Positions 18,080-27,754 of a stretch of DNA of 64,000 nt are shown here, piece after piece. The translations under genes were made by a program, and so were the position numbers. The DNA is from Trueperaceae bacterium (GTDB lineage Bacteria; Deinococcota; Deinococci; Deinococcales; Trueperaceae): the NCBI GenBank assembly GCA_040905465.1, contig JBBDRK010000067.1, positions 1-64,000 on the forward strand. Reading direction: 5' to 3'. The notes below the pieces were generated by a model, which was given only the letters and a program-made list of their open reading frames with translations, was not told the DNA's origin and did not search any database. Position 1 is the first letter of the stretch; each line of letters opens with the position of its first letter.

Positions 18080-19131
18080 CCGGCGAGGAACTCCACCACA
18101 ACCTGCGCCAGCGGTCGCCCCGCTATATCGCAAGTGGTATGGATCCGAACGACATTGAGCGTCTGATAACCAGCGTGAGCGACTGGAGCGAGTGGCTGGA
18201 TCGGACGAGCGCGTTCGCCCTTGAGCGGTTGAAGTTGGGCCATGAGGCACTCGCCATGCGTCGAAACGTTAGCGCGGCCGAGCACTTCGTGGGTGCGGCG
18301 ATCTACTTCCACTTTGCTCAACTGGGTTACTTCGAGGACGAGGCGAAGAAGCGCGAGATAGCCGGGAGGGCAAGAGACGCGCACCAACTGGCGTTCGACC
18401 TCCTCGAGCCGCCGGTGCTACAACTGAGGATTCCGTTTCGTGGTGTCGACATGGTCGCCAACGTAAGGATCCCCTACGGCGGGCCGAAGGCCGCCGCAGT
18501 GATCCTCCTTCCGGGTGTCGACTCGACCAAGGAGGAGATGATCACGTTCGAGACCGTGTTTCATAAACGCGGACTCGCTACCGTGGCCTTCGAGGGCCCC
18601 GGGCAGGGGGAGACGGGGGAGCGGTTGCCGCTCGTCGAGGATTACGAGGTTGCCGTATCGGTTCTGATCGACGCCTTAGCGCTGGTTCCGGGTATCGATG
18701 GAAAAAGGCTGGGCATTTACGGTCGGAGCATGGGAGGGTACCTGGCTCCAAGGGTCGCCGCAACGGAGCCAAGAATCAAAGCGGTGGCCAGCTCTGGTGG
18801 TCCCTTCGACCTTCGTGGCTGGGATCAGTTCTCCGAGCAGTTGAAGCGCTTTTTTTGCCATGCCTGGGGGATTTCCGATCTACAGGAAGGCACCGAAAGA
18901 GCCTCCAGGGTGAGCCTCAAGGAGTTCATTCCAAGGATAAAATGTCCGTTCCTGATCCTCCACGGCGACGCAGACCGGATCTTCGCTGGCGACGAGGGCA
19001 GACGCATGGCCGAGATTGCTACCTCCGAAACTACCGTCGTCATCTATCCGGAGGGCGAGCACGTCAACGACAACATTCCCTACAAGTATCGACCGGTCAC
19101 TGCCGACTGGTTTGCGGAAGCATTGATGTGA
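18076..19131 (+). CDS. Alpha/beta hydrolase, similar to 2,6-dihydroxypseudooxynicotine hydrolase family
   Basis: GVDSTKEE, EGPGQGE, nucleophile GRSMGG, HGDAD, EGEH. Confidence 0.82.
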   Translation: MTGEELHHNLRQRSPRYIASGMDPNDIERLITSVSDWSEWLDRTSAFALERLKLGHEALAMRRNVSAAEHFVGAAIYFHFAQLGYFEDEAKKREIAGRARDAHQLAFDLLEPPVLQLRIPFRGVDMVANVRIPYGGPKAAAVILLPGVDSTKEEMITFETVFHKRGLATVAFEGPGQGETGERLPLVEDYEVAVSVLIDALALVPGIDGKRLGIYGRSMGGYLAPRVAATEPRIKAVASSGGPFDLRGWDQFSEQLKRFFCHAWGISDLQEGTERASRVSLKEFIPRIKCPFLILHGDADRIFAGDEGRRMAEIATSETTVVIYPEGEHVNDNIPYKYRPVTADWFAEALM

Positions 19132-19211
19132 CTCCAACCGGTTGCGCTGTAGCTGTTTGCGGCTTCGCTGGGAGCACCCTTGCCGGCAACCTCGGCCCGG
19201 TTTAACCTCTG

Positions 19212-19970
19212 CTAAACGGTAGCCTCCGCCGCCAACCCTGGCATCTGTTCGTCGAAGAGGCCGCTCGGTATTGCTCGGAGGTATTCTATACACTCCTCGA
19301 GCGGCACGACGTCGGCATACTTCTGGTGCATGTCGAACAGGTTGATCTTGTGCGACACCTGGGCACGATCGAAGGTGCACTCCTCAACGACACTCACGCG
19401 GTAGTTGTAGGAGAAGGCATCCAAAACCGTTGCCCGCACACAGCCGCTGGTGCTGGTGCCACACACCAGCAAGGAGTCGGCTCCCAGGTTGACAAGCAGC
19501 GAGGCGAACTGCGTACCGAAGAACACGCTGGGTTTGCTCTTGAGCACCACTACGTCCTCGGGCTGTGGGCTAATCTCGTCGACGATGCGGTTGCCGATCC
19601 CAGAGTGCTCCTCCCAGTCCTCCGAGCGCCGGTAGTTCTTGTCGCGCCAGCGGCCCGAGTCGAAGCCATCCGGGCGGTACTCCTGACTCGTGCTGTAGAA
19701 GATCGGGACGCGTCTCTCGCGAGCTGCGGAAAGGAGTAGCCGCGTCTGGGCCACCGCCTTCCATCCCTCTTCCCCGCAGCTGTTGCGCCAACGCTTCACC
19801 GACTCCATGATCGGTTCAGGTTTGTCGCCCACGAAGTTGTAGATCACGTCTATCACCAGCACAATGGGCCTCTTGCCGAATCCCAGTCGTTTTCCGTGCC
19901 CGGATGTCGAGAAGAGTTCTTTGTCTCGTTCGCTGATTGAGTCGTCCCAAATTCGTCCTTCAGTCCTCAT
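19212..19970 (-). CDS. Isochorismatase-family amidase (maleamate amidohydrolase/N-carbamoylsarcosine amidase-like)
   Basis: GFGKRP.VLVID, K.KPS.FFGT, GTSTSGCVRAT.LDAFS, LFDM.QKYADV; GGAGG before ATG 19970. Confidence 0.87.
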   Translation of the reverse strand: MRTEGRIWDDSISERDKELFSTSGHGKRLGFGKRPIVLVIDVIYNFVGDKPEPIMESVKRWRNSCGEEGWKAVAQTRLLLSAARERRVPIFYSTSQEYRPDGFDSGRWRDKNYRRSEDWEEHSGIGNRIVDEISPQPEDVVVLKSKPSVFFGTQFASLLVNLGADSLLVCGTSTSGCVRATVLDAFSYNYRVSVVEECTFDRAQVSHKINLFDMHQKYADVVPLEECIEYLRAIPSGLFDEQMPGLAAEATV

Positions 19971-20844
19971 GGTGCCCTCCTTCGCGGGTCGTGCCAAGTA
20001 CCGCACTGCCGAGACGCTCCAGCAGTCTCCGACTCCAGACCGCAACCATCTCCCGCCTATACTCGGCGCTGGCTCGCAGGTCGTCTCGTGGAGCAATGTC
20101 CCGGGTCGACAGTCGTGCTGCCTCACGAATTGCTGCAATCTCTGGCCTGCTGCCGTTCAGCCGCGCCTCCGTGGATCTCAATCTAAGGGCACTTGCCCCA
20201 GCACCGCCCGCGGCAAGACGGACGTCTTCCAGGTGAGAACCATCGGCACTCGGCGTAAGGGTACCAGCGACGACTATGAGACCCGGCGCCTCCAGGCTCT
20301 GCGGATTGAACTTTTGGAAAGCGCTAACCGTTCCCGCCTGCCGGGGCGGCAGCAGGATCTCGATGAGCAGTTCATCGGGGCGCCGCGGCTCTTGCAACAG
20401 GAATCTCGCGAACTCAAGTGTGCGCTCACCCCTGCTGCTGGCCAGCCGCATCTGTGCCTGCAGCACCAGCAGCACAGGTGGGATGTCAAAGTCGGCTTCG
20501 CCCTGGACCAGGTGGCCACCTAGCGTGGCGGCGCGACGGATTCGCTCATTTCCCACGGAGGCTGCGGCAGCAGCCAGGATTGGGGCGTGTCGGATCACCA
20601 CGGAGTCAGTGGCTAGCGAGTGGAGGCTCACCATACTCCCCAGGCGCAACTCGCCGTGCCGCTCCAACCCGATTGTCTGCAGAGCGGCCACTCTCCCAAG
20701 CCCCACCAACCTCTGCGGAAACTCCGCACCCAATCGTAGGGCCTGCCCTGTCGCTGTCCCCCCTGCCCACAGGTGTGCTCCGCCGCCGGCCAACTCCTCC
20801 AGGACTTCGGGCACCGTGCTGGGGCGAAGAAAGCTGCTCGCCAT
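19960..20844 (-). CDS. Molybdenum hydroxylase FAD-binding subunit (CoxM-like)
   Basis: RP.TV.E, AGGT, IR..ATLGG, DDLRASAEYRR. Confidence 0.88.
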   Translation of the reverse strand: MASSFLRPSTVPEVLEELAGGGAHLWAGGTATGQALRLGAEFPQRLVGLGRVAALQTIGLERHGELRLGSMVSLHSLATDSVVIRHAPILAAAAASVGNERIRRAATLGGHLVQGEADFDIPPVLLVLQAQMRLASSRGERTLEFARFLLQEPRRPDELLIEILLPPRQAGTVSAFQKFNPQSLEAPGLIVVAGTLTPSADGSHLEDVRLAAGGAGASALRLRSTEARLNGSRPEIAAIREAARLSTRDIAPRDDLRASAEYRREMVAVWSRRLLERLGSAVLGTTREGGHHED

Positions 20845-20845
20845 G

Positions 20846-21376
20846 TCAGCCGCTTCCGTTTTCGGAGATCTGCCGGATCGCGCGGAGGATCGAGCCGTAG
20901 CCGGTACAGCGGCAGAGGCTGCCTCCCATGCGGTATCTGATGGAAGCGTCGTCCGCGTCAGTGAGTTCTCCGGCAAACGCGATTGCAGAGATTACTTGCC
21001 CCGGAGTGCAGATGCCGCACTGAATGGCGTCGCATGAGATGAAGGCATCGAATACGGCGCTGATCCGCTGGGAGGCAATGAGGCCGCGACACGCCTCCTC
21101 GCCAGTCGACCTGTCGCTGCCCGCCAGGGCCGCCAGTCCCTCTATGGTCCATACGTGGCGGCATTCCATTGTGATCATCGGTACGAGGCAGGAGCTCATC
21201 GGTTGACCGTCGAGCAGAACCGTGCAGATACCGCAGACACCGACGGCACAGCCCAGCTTGGTCCCAGTGAGACCAAGTTCGAAGCGTAGAAACTCAGTGA
21301 GGAACTGTCCCTCGGGCCGCGCGCACTGGACGTCCTCGCCGTTGACGGTCAATGCCGTGCCCGGCCGCCCTGTCAC
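20846..21376 (-). CDS. Molybdenum hydroxylase [2Fe-2S] subunit (CoxS-like)
   Basis: GTKLGCAVGVCGICTV..DG...SC, QCGICTPG, CRCTGY. Confidence 0.92.
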   Translation of the reverse strand: MTGRPGTALTVNGEDVQCARPEGQFLTEFLRFELGLTGTKLGCAVGVCGICTVLLDGQPMSSCLVPMITMECRHVWTIEGLAALAGSDRSTGEEACRGLIASQRISAVFDAFISCDAIQCGICTPGQVISAIAFAGELTDADDASIRYRMGGSLCRCTGYGSILRAIRQISENGSG

Positions 21377-23670
21377 GGACCGTCACCGCCTGCTTCGCTG
21401 CCGGGCACTTGGCCTTCAACTGCAGGCGGCGCGTTGCTGCCGCCGGATACCCCACGCTGCATTGCAAAGTAGACTTTCTCGGATGTCAGCGGAAGCGAGC
21501 GTATGCGGGCTCCTACCGCGTCCGCAATGGCATTGCCAATTGCCGGTGCGACGGCGACGCCGGCGAGCTCTCCGATTGGCTTGACGTTTCGTTCGCCCAA
21601 CCCCTTCCCGCCACGAACCATGACGACGACCTGCTTGGGAGTGTCGCGTACGGAAGGCAGGAGGTACTTCCCCAACTGCGATGCAGCGACCAACCCGTCG
21701 ACGATAGCCAGATCCTCCATCATCGCCTGCCCCAAGCCCATTACTGCTGCTCCTTCGATCTGTCCAAGGTGTCCGGCCTCGTTTATGACCTCCGCAACGT
21801 CGGCAGCAGTGATTAGCTCATTGACGATGACCTCGCCGGTTTCACGGTCCACCAGCACGGTAGCGACCTGCGTGCAGACGCTTATGAGCGGCTGCTTATC
21901 GCGGTGGTCCGCGCGTCCCAGGAACCAGTGACCGGGGTTGCGTAACGCCAATGCGGACAGGACTTCCGACCACTCTCGGGCGCTGAACTCGACCCGGTCA
22001 GTTGCACCCGATGATCCGCGCCCATCCCGGCTGCCAATCTGTGTATGGGTTTCGCCCAGTTCCGTGCGCAACTCGCGACAGGCCACGATCAGCGCCTCGC
22101 TGGCGTCGACCGTGACCCGGCTTGCGCCCACGCCAAAGTCCCGCTTCAGTTCCGACTGCTCTGCCTGCCTGACCGTGACCAGCTCGCGGGGAATTCCCAG
22201 CTCGGTGCGCACTACTCGCTCAGCCACCGTTTGCTGGCCGCCACCTTGATCGGGAAACGGAACCCATATCGTGAGCCTGCCTTCCGTGGTTGGCTCCAAC
22301 GCTACCTCCGCGGCTCCACTGTGCACCTGTTGGCAGAACATCGCCACTCCTGCACCGGCGGCCCACTCCTCTCCCGCCTCCCTCCGACTGGGCGGATTGA
22401 CTTCGGAAAGCGCGCCCTGAGCTGCGGTTAGTGTCTCGTCTGCCCTCATCTCCAACCACTGTTCTCCGAGGTTTCCCGGCTGGCCGGTGTGCAGGAGATT
22501 GATACGCCTGAACTCGAACGGGTCCAGTTCGAGCTCGCGGGCAACTTCGTCGAGGAGAGACTCGACCGCGAAGGTAACTTGCTGGGCGCCCGGTGCCCTG
22601 ACGTGTCCTCTAGGGACGGTGTGGGAGTAGGCGATTCGGCTACGGATCTGCAGGGCCGGAATTCGGTAGGTCGCACCGGCCAGCCGCAGGTTGAACAGTT
22701 GCACCTGAGGGTTGGGTTTGAATCCGGCGTAGGCTCCACCGTCGAGCACGATGTCGACGTCCAGCGCAGTAAGCCGATTGTCGTCGTCCACTCCCAGCCG
22801 GACACAGGTCGTGGCGGAGTGGGAGGGGTTGGTGGCTGTCAACTCCTCGCCGTAGCTCGCCTCGATCCGCACTGGTTGTCCCAGTCGCCTGGAGAGGGCT
22901 ATGCAGAGCGGCACGTCCATCGGCGAGCCCTTGCCGCCGAAGTCACCGCCGACTGCTACTGGATGGATACGAATGGGAACGGTATCGCTCTCCAGCCACG
23001 CGACGAGCTGCTCTCGGAGAATACTGGGTGACTTATTGCTCGCCCACACGTCGATTGCTTCGGGTTCAGCGCTGACCAGGCAGACGTGAGCCTCGAGGTA
23101 TCCCTGGTGACGAGACGGGACCTGGTAGCTTGCCTGGAACGTGCGGGTCGAGGAGGCCAGCACCGACTCGACATCCGGACCATTCCGCCATATCGCGCTG
23201 GACTGAAGGTTGTGGCCGTCCTCGGCAGTAATTACCGCGCCCGGGTACGCCCAGGGCGCTTCATGAACCAGCGGGGAGCCGGGAACAAGGGCATCAGACG
23301 CGACCGTGGCCGCTTCGAGCGGTTCATACTCCACTCGCACCAGCGCGGCTACTTCCCGGGCCAACTCCTTGCTCTCGGCGACTACTGCCGCAACCCGCTC
23401 GCCGGCGAATCGCGCCACGCCTCTAGCCAATACCGGCACGTCGCGAACCCGCCGCCCGTAAGTGGGCAAGGCGAGGTCGTCTCCGGTGACGACGGCTAGA
23501 GCGCCGGCAGCAATTGCTTCACTACCGTCGATCGACTTTACGCGTGCATGCGGATATGGACTCCTTATCAATGCGACGTGTCCAGTGCCCGGAAGTAGGA
23601 AATCTCCCGCAAAGGTCTTGCGGCCCGTAACGCTGTCGCGGGCACCGACTCTCGCCGTATCTTCATCCAT
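21373..23670 (-). CDS. Xanthine dehydrogenase family molybdopterin-binding subunit (CoxL-like)
   Basis: RSPYPHA, GGDFGGK, VRAPG, GQIEG....G.G, KPIGE....APAI.NA..DA. Confidence 0.92.
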   Translation of the reverse strand: MDEDTARVGARDSVTGRKTFAGDFLLPGTGHVALIRSPYPHARVKSIDGSEAIAAGALAVVTGDDLALPTYGRRVRDVPVLARGVARFAGERVAAVVAESKELAREVAALVRVEYEPLEAATVASDALVPGSPLVHEAPWAYPGAVITAEDGHNLQSSAIWRNGPDVESVLASSTRTFQASYQVPSRHQGYLEAHVCLVSAEPEAIDVWASNKSPSILREQLVAWLESDTVPIRIHPVAVGGDFGGKGSPMDVPLCIALSRRLGQPVRIEASYGEELTATNPSHSATTCVRLGVDDDNRLTALDVDIVLDGGAYAGFKPNPQVQLFNLRLAGATYRIPALQIRSRIAYSHTVPRGHVRAPGAQQVTFAVESLLDEVARELELDPFEFRRINLLHTGQPGNLGEQWLEMRADETLTAAQGALSEVNPPSRREAGEEWAAGAGVAMFCQQVHSGAAEVALEPTTEGRLTIWVPFPDQGGGQQTVAERVVRTELGIPRELVTVRQAEQSELKRDFGVGASRVTVDASEALIVACRELRTELGETHTQIGSRDGRGSSGATDRVEFSAREWSEVLSALALRNPGHWFLGRADHRDKQPLISVCTQVATVLVDRETGEVIVNELITAADVAEVINEAGHLGQIEGAAVMGLGQAMMEDLAIVDGLVAASQLGKYLLPSVRDTPKQVVVMVRGGKGLGERNVKPIGELAGVAVAPAIGNAIADAVGARIRSLPLTSEKVYFAMQRGVSGGSNAPPAVEGQVPGSEAGGDGP

Positions 23671-23790
23671 GGCAGACGATCAGGTGGGCCCCAAGGAGCC
23701 AAGGAGCTGATCGTACCGGGGATCTGAGGTCACACTTCGACCTGTCGCTCTCCACACTTTCTGACCCGCAATCTACGGTGGCTCCGAGAG

Positions 23791-23819
23791 GAGACGCGGT
23801 GCCACGGGCCCCGCGTCTC
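23791..23819. terminator. GC-rich hairpin just after the SBP gene (mRNA-stabilising or partial terminator)
   Basis: gagacgcgg...ccgcgtctc. Confidence 0.55.
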
Positions 23820-23833
23820 TGGCTTCTCGCCGG

Positions 23834-25372
23834 TCAGCGAGTCGCTTCCCAGAAGATTGGGATTTCGGTTCCAGGGAGTATTTTGATTCCGCCTATGTCA
23901 GCCTGCTGCACGATGAATATCGCCGCCCGGAACGTGAAGAGCCAAGGAGCGTCTTCCCAGACGATACGCTGGAACTCCTCATAGACCTCGGCTCGTCTCT
24001 CGGTATCGAACTCATTTGCGCCCTCGTTAAGTAGCCTGTCCGCCTCTGGGTTGCTGTAGCCGCCCGGATTCCACAACCTGCCCGCGAAAGGAGTGGACAG
24101 GGTGCGGCGAAAGCTGTTGTCGGGGTCACCGGTAGACCCACCCCAGCCCAGCATGAACAGGCTGAAGTCGCCGGACTCTACCCGTTCGACGTATGAGGGC
24201 CAGTCACTGATCGCCTGCAAGTCGACGTCAAATCCGACCTCGCGCAGGTAACCGGCCACCGCCTGCGCCGCCTCAGAGTCCTGTGGATAGCGCCCAACTG
24301 GCGAAAGCATCGTAATCTGGGCGCCCACAGCGCCGGCTTCATCGAGCAACTCCCGTGCGCGTTCGGGGTCGTATTCGTAAAAACCCACGGACGTTGCGTA
24401 CTGCACTGTTTCGACGAGGGATTGCGCCGGAACGCCGGCTCCAAATAGGACCCGGTCAATGATCGCTTGCTTGTTCACCGCATAGTTTGCGGCCAGCCTC
24501 ACTGCTTGTTGATCGAAGGGAGGTTCTGTCACGTTGAACGGGAAGATCATGTTGCGGCCGTTAACGCGTTCGACCGTCAGTTCCTCGTTGGCTTCCAGCC
24601 GCTCCACATCGGAGGGAAGCACGCGCAGCGCGACGTCTGCCTGGCCCGAGTCGATCATCAGCGCCCGGGTAGTCGCGTCACCGATGAACAGGAAGTTGAT
24701 GTTCTCGAAGTGGGGCTCGCCGCCATAGTAGTCTGCGTTGCGCGTGACGGCGATTCGGTCGCCGGTCACCCATTCGACGAAGCTGTAAGGACCTGATCCC
24801 ACGGGCCTCTGCCCGAATTCGTCACCAAGGCTCTCCACGGCCGGCTGGCTGAGGATGGCGGCGTCGGGGTGAGCCAGGTTGTTGCGCAAGGCTGGGTATA
24901 CCTCGCTTGTCACCAGAGTGATTTGGGTTTCACTGTCAACCCGCACGTCCTCAATCTGTTCGTAGAGCACTCGCTGCTCACAGTTGCTCTCGCGCATGTG
25001 TTCAATCGTGAACTTTACCGACTCCGCGGTAAGCGGAGTGCCGTCGTGGAAGGTGACCCCTGGACGCAGCTGCAATGTCCAGGTGGTGCCATCCTCGCTT
25101 ACGGATTCGCTCTCGACGAGATCGGGCTGCGGCTGCATCTGTTCGTCGAATGTGTAGAGCCGGCTATAGATGTGATACTTCAACATGTTCTGGTCGCCAC
25201 TTACCGTGTTGCACACGGAGAGCGAGGGGAACTCGGAGGGTACCAGAACTGTTAAGTCATCGCCGCGAGCGTGCTGGGCCATGAGCAGGAGAAGTCCGAG
25301 CGCCAGCAATGCCAAACGGACTGGCATGCGCTCGATGAGGGGGGGTGATACGGCTGAACTGGTGTCTTTCAC
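23834..25372 (-). CDS. Peptide/nickel-type ABC substrate-binding protein (family 5)
   Basis: LRPGVTFHDGTPLTAE.VKFT, PVGSGPY, VR.A.NYAVN; AAGGAGG 7 nt before GTG at 25372. Confidence 0.92.
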   Translation of the reverse strand: MKDTSSAVSPPLIERMPVRLALLALGLLLLMAQHARGDDLTVLVPSEFPSLSVCNTVSGDQNMLKYHIYSRLYTFDEQMQPQPDLVESESVSEDGTTWTLQLRPGVTFHDGTPLTAESVKFTIEHMRESNCEQRVLYEQIEDVRVDSETQITLVTSEVYPALRNNLAHPDAAILSQPAVESLGDEFGQRPVGSGPYSFVEWVTGDRIAVTRNADYYGGEPHFENINFLFIGDATTRALMIDSGQADVALRVLPSDVERLEANEELTVERVNGRNMIFPFNVTEPPFDQQAVRLAANYAVNKQAIIDRVLFGAGVPAQSLVETVQYATSVGFYEYDPERARELLDEAGAVGAQITMLSPVGRYPQDSEAAQAVAGYLREVGFDVDLQAISDWPSYVERVESGDFSLFMLGWGGSTGDPDNSFRRTLSTPFAGRLWNPGGYSNPEADRLLNEGANEFDTERRAEVYEEFQRIVWEDAPWLFTFRAAIFIVQQADIGGIKILPGTEIPIFWEATR

Positions 25373-25470
25373 AATCCGACCTCCTTGGATGACGACGGGC
25401 TTCAATGCCTGCTTCGACATTGCAAAACCTTCGCGGTGTCTAGTCACCTTGCCGTGAGATTCGGTGCAAC

Positions 25471-25521
25471 TTATATTCTATAGTCTATGGGTTATAATAA
25501 TCCATCGGGAGTGTTTGTCAA
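25471..25521 (-). promoter_or_regulatory. Promoter and candidate GntR operator of the SBP-CoxLSM-amidase operon
   Basis: Minus strand TTGACA...TATTATAAC then CCATAGACTATAGAATATAA. Confidence 0.6.
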
Positions 25522-25568
25522 GCCGCTCCCACTTCAAGTTGGACTGCCAAGCCCAAACTACTCCGCTG

Positions 25569-26516
25569 TTAGACCAAGCCCTCGCTGCCAAGCGCAAACA
25601 TGCTAGCCAGGTCCACAGGGCGCTGAATCAGGCGCTGGGCGAGGAGGTAATCTCCCAACTTCTTCAGCGTCCGAATGTTGTTCGAGGTAAGGCCATAGGG
25701 TAGTGGATCACCCTGGAATAACTGATCGATTTCGTCCCAGGCGACTCTTCCCCATGGCAATGTCGACCTTGAAAGCCGGCGGGAAAAAGCCACCTGCTTG
25801 CTCGACGAATACGCCTTGAAGAGCATTTCCGACAACTCCGGCACGGTATCGAGTTTGTCAGTTTTCACCACGACAGTGTGCATGATTGGGTGGATGCCAG
25901 TTGACAAAAAGTACTCGCGCTCAACTTGCGTTACGTCCGGAAACAGCCTGCGAACAGGTGGGATTTCGTTAACGCCGAGCGATTGCTTTGGACCCGAGGG
26001 CAGGATCAGGGCATCCAGTCGCCCCGATATCAGCTCGTCCAGGAGATCACCGGTTGCGGCCCTCACTTCAATAGAGGGCGGCAAGGGCATACGACTGCCC
26101 GAAGTGAACCACTCGATGGAGCGCCAGTCCACTCCGTAGTGCTCGTAAAGAATTCCGCGCACCCAGACCGCAGCGGTCATCGCATAGTCGGGCACCCCTA
26201 ACCTCAGGCCTTCCAACTGCCTTGGATCGTTCAGGTTCGAGTTAGCCGCGACGTACACGGCGGAGTGCCGGAATGCCCGGTAGGGGAAGATCGGAAGTGC
26301 GCAGAGCCACTGCTCACCACGAGCACGGAGCATCATGTAGTTGGAGAGAGACATCTCGCAAGCGTCGTAGGACCGATCGGAAATCATTCGTCTGAAGATG
26401 TCAACGACCGGGTCGGTCTGGTACTCGAGAGCCAGTTTGCCCCACCTACCAGTCAGGCTTAGCGTGTGTTCATAGTCGCCTCCGTGGAGCGTAAGTTCGT
26501 AACGAAGCTTGTCCAT
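25569..26516 (-). CDS. 4,5-dihydroxyphthalate decarboxylase-like protein (periplasmic-binding-protein fold)
   Basis: GDYEHT, IFRRM...D.CEMSLS.Y, PIFP.R.FRHS, GVP.Y.MTA.VW.RG.L, P.MH.VV, DP.PYG..N. Confidence 0.82.
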   Translation of the reverse strand: MDKLRYELTLHGGDYEHTLSLTGRWGKLALEYQTDPVVDIFRRMISDRSYDACEMSLSNYMMLRARGEQWLCALPIFPYRAFRHSAVYVAANSNLNDPRQLEGLRLGVPDYAMTAAVWVRGILYEHYGVDWRSIEWFTSGSRMPLPPSIEVRAATGDLLDELISGRLDALILPSGPKQSLGVNEIPPVRRLFPDVTQVEREYFLSTGIHPIMHTVVVKTDKLDTVPELSEMLFKAYSSSKQVAFSRRLSRSTLPWGRVAWDEIDQLFQGDPLPYGLTSNNIRTLKKLGDYLLAQRLIQRPVDLASMFALGSEGLV

Positions 26517-26520
26517 GCTG

Positions 26521-26709
26521 CTATGACGGGGCACGGTTGCTGTCGAAAGCAACGGCTCTCCCATTCCTGACCGCCACTACCCTCTGCACACCATCAGGTT
26601 GCATTCCCTCAGGCAGAAACCAGTCAGCATTCGCTCTCAAACCGATAGGACCTGCGGCCGAGCAATTCGTTGCCAGATACCCATTGTCAGGGAAAGGAAG
26701 ATTGTTCAT
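26521..26709 (-). CDS. 62-aa hypothetical protein or gene remnant
   Basis: TGC-TAAGCT -10 element 6 nt before ATG; stop lies 4 nt before the decarboxylase ATG. Confidence 0.4.
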   Translation of the reverse strand: MNNLPFPDNGYLATNCSAAGPIGLRANADWFLPEGMQPDGVQRVVAVRNGRAVAFDSNRAPS

Positions 26710-26767
26710 TTCAGAAGCTTAGCAAGCCCGGGGGATGTGAATTCACGGCACTGCAGTGGCGGCGGAG

Positions 26768-27754
26768 CTACGGAGCCGAAACGGACACTTCGAGCCCGAG
26801 CCGCGATGACTCCTCGGCGGCAAAAAGTGACGCCATAACGTGCCTCGCATCCCTGCCGGTGATAGCTGGTCGAGTACCGGTGGCAACCGCACGTTGGAAC
26901 TCCTGCCATTCGAGGACCAGAGCTTCATCAGCCCAGTGAGCCGAGCCGGACTCGGGGAGTTTCGTCCACACTTCGTCCTGTCCTACACTCACGCCTTCGA
27001 CCGAGTGAATTCGAATCACGCCATTCGTGCATGTGATCTCGGTTCCGTGTTCGGGAGCGCCGTTATCGTAGCCAACGCTGTGAACGGTGCCAGCGGCACC
27101 GCTCTCGTATCGGAAGAACATTACGCCATGGTCGTCCGCTCGCTGTTCGTGGAAGCTGGTGTCGAACTGGGCGCTAACCGAAGTTACCGGGGAGCCGATC
27201 AGCCAGTGAAGGCGATCGACGGCATGAATCCCGCCGGTGAGCAATACCCCGCCGCCCTGCTCCCTGTCGAGGTGCCATTGCCGCCTGTTGGGTTCGAACC
27301 ACCGCTTCCTCATTACGGCGTGTCCGGCTACCGGCGCGCCAAGATCTCCCGCTTCAATCATCGCCTTGGCCAACCGAAACGCTCGCGAGAAGCGGGTGAC
27401 GTGCCCTAGCATCAGGGTGACGCCGCGGCCTTCCACCGTCGCCAGGATTTCATCGCACTCTGCCAGGCTCACCGCCATTGGTTTTTCGAGCAAGATGTGC
27501 TTGCCCGCTTGTGCAGCCGCAACAGCAATCTGGCCGTGCGTTGCGTGTGGCGTCGCAATCACGACGGCTTCGACCCGGGGATCGGAGAGGAGTAGATCAT
27601 AGTCCGTGTAGGCTTCGAAGTCGAACTCTTGGGCCAGGGGGCGTAAGGCGTCCATGTTCGTGCGGCAAGCTGCCACCAGGTCGACTCCTGCCGCCTTCAT
27701 GGCAACCGCGTGCTTCTCGCCAAAGAAGCCGGCGCCTATGATGCCCGCCTTCAC
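26768..27754 (-). CDS. Gfo/Idh/MocA oxidoreductase
   Basis: GIIGAGFFG, IATP...H, LEKPMA, GGG.LL..G.H. Confidence 0.92.
   Translation of the reverse strand: MKAGIIGAGFFGEKHAVAMKAAGVDLVAACRTNMDALRPLAQEFDFEAYTDYDLLLSDPRVEAVVIATPHATHGQIAVAAAQAGKHILLEKPMAVSLAECDEILATVEGRGVTLMLGHVTRFSRAFRLAKAMIEAGDLGAPVAGHAVMRKRWFEPNRRQWHLDREQGGGVLLTGGIHAVDRLHWLIGSPVTSVSAQFDTSFHEQRADDHGVMFFRYESGAAGTVHSVGYDNGAPEHGTEITCTNGVIRIHSVEGVSVGQDEVWTKLPESGSAHWADEALVLEWQEFQRAVATGTRPAITGRDARHVMASLFAAEESSRLGLEVSVSAP

Noticed and set aside
21373..23670. Aerobic CO dehydrogenase CoxL
   Set aside because: The active-site loop is VRAPG, not the form I AYxCSFR, and there are no cox accessory genes
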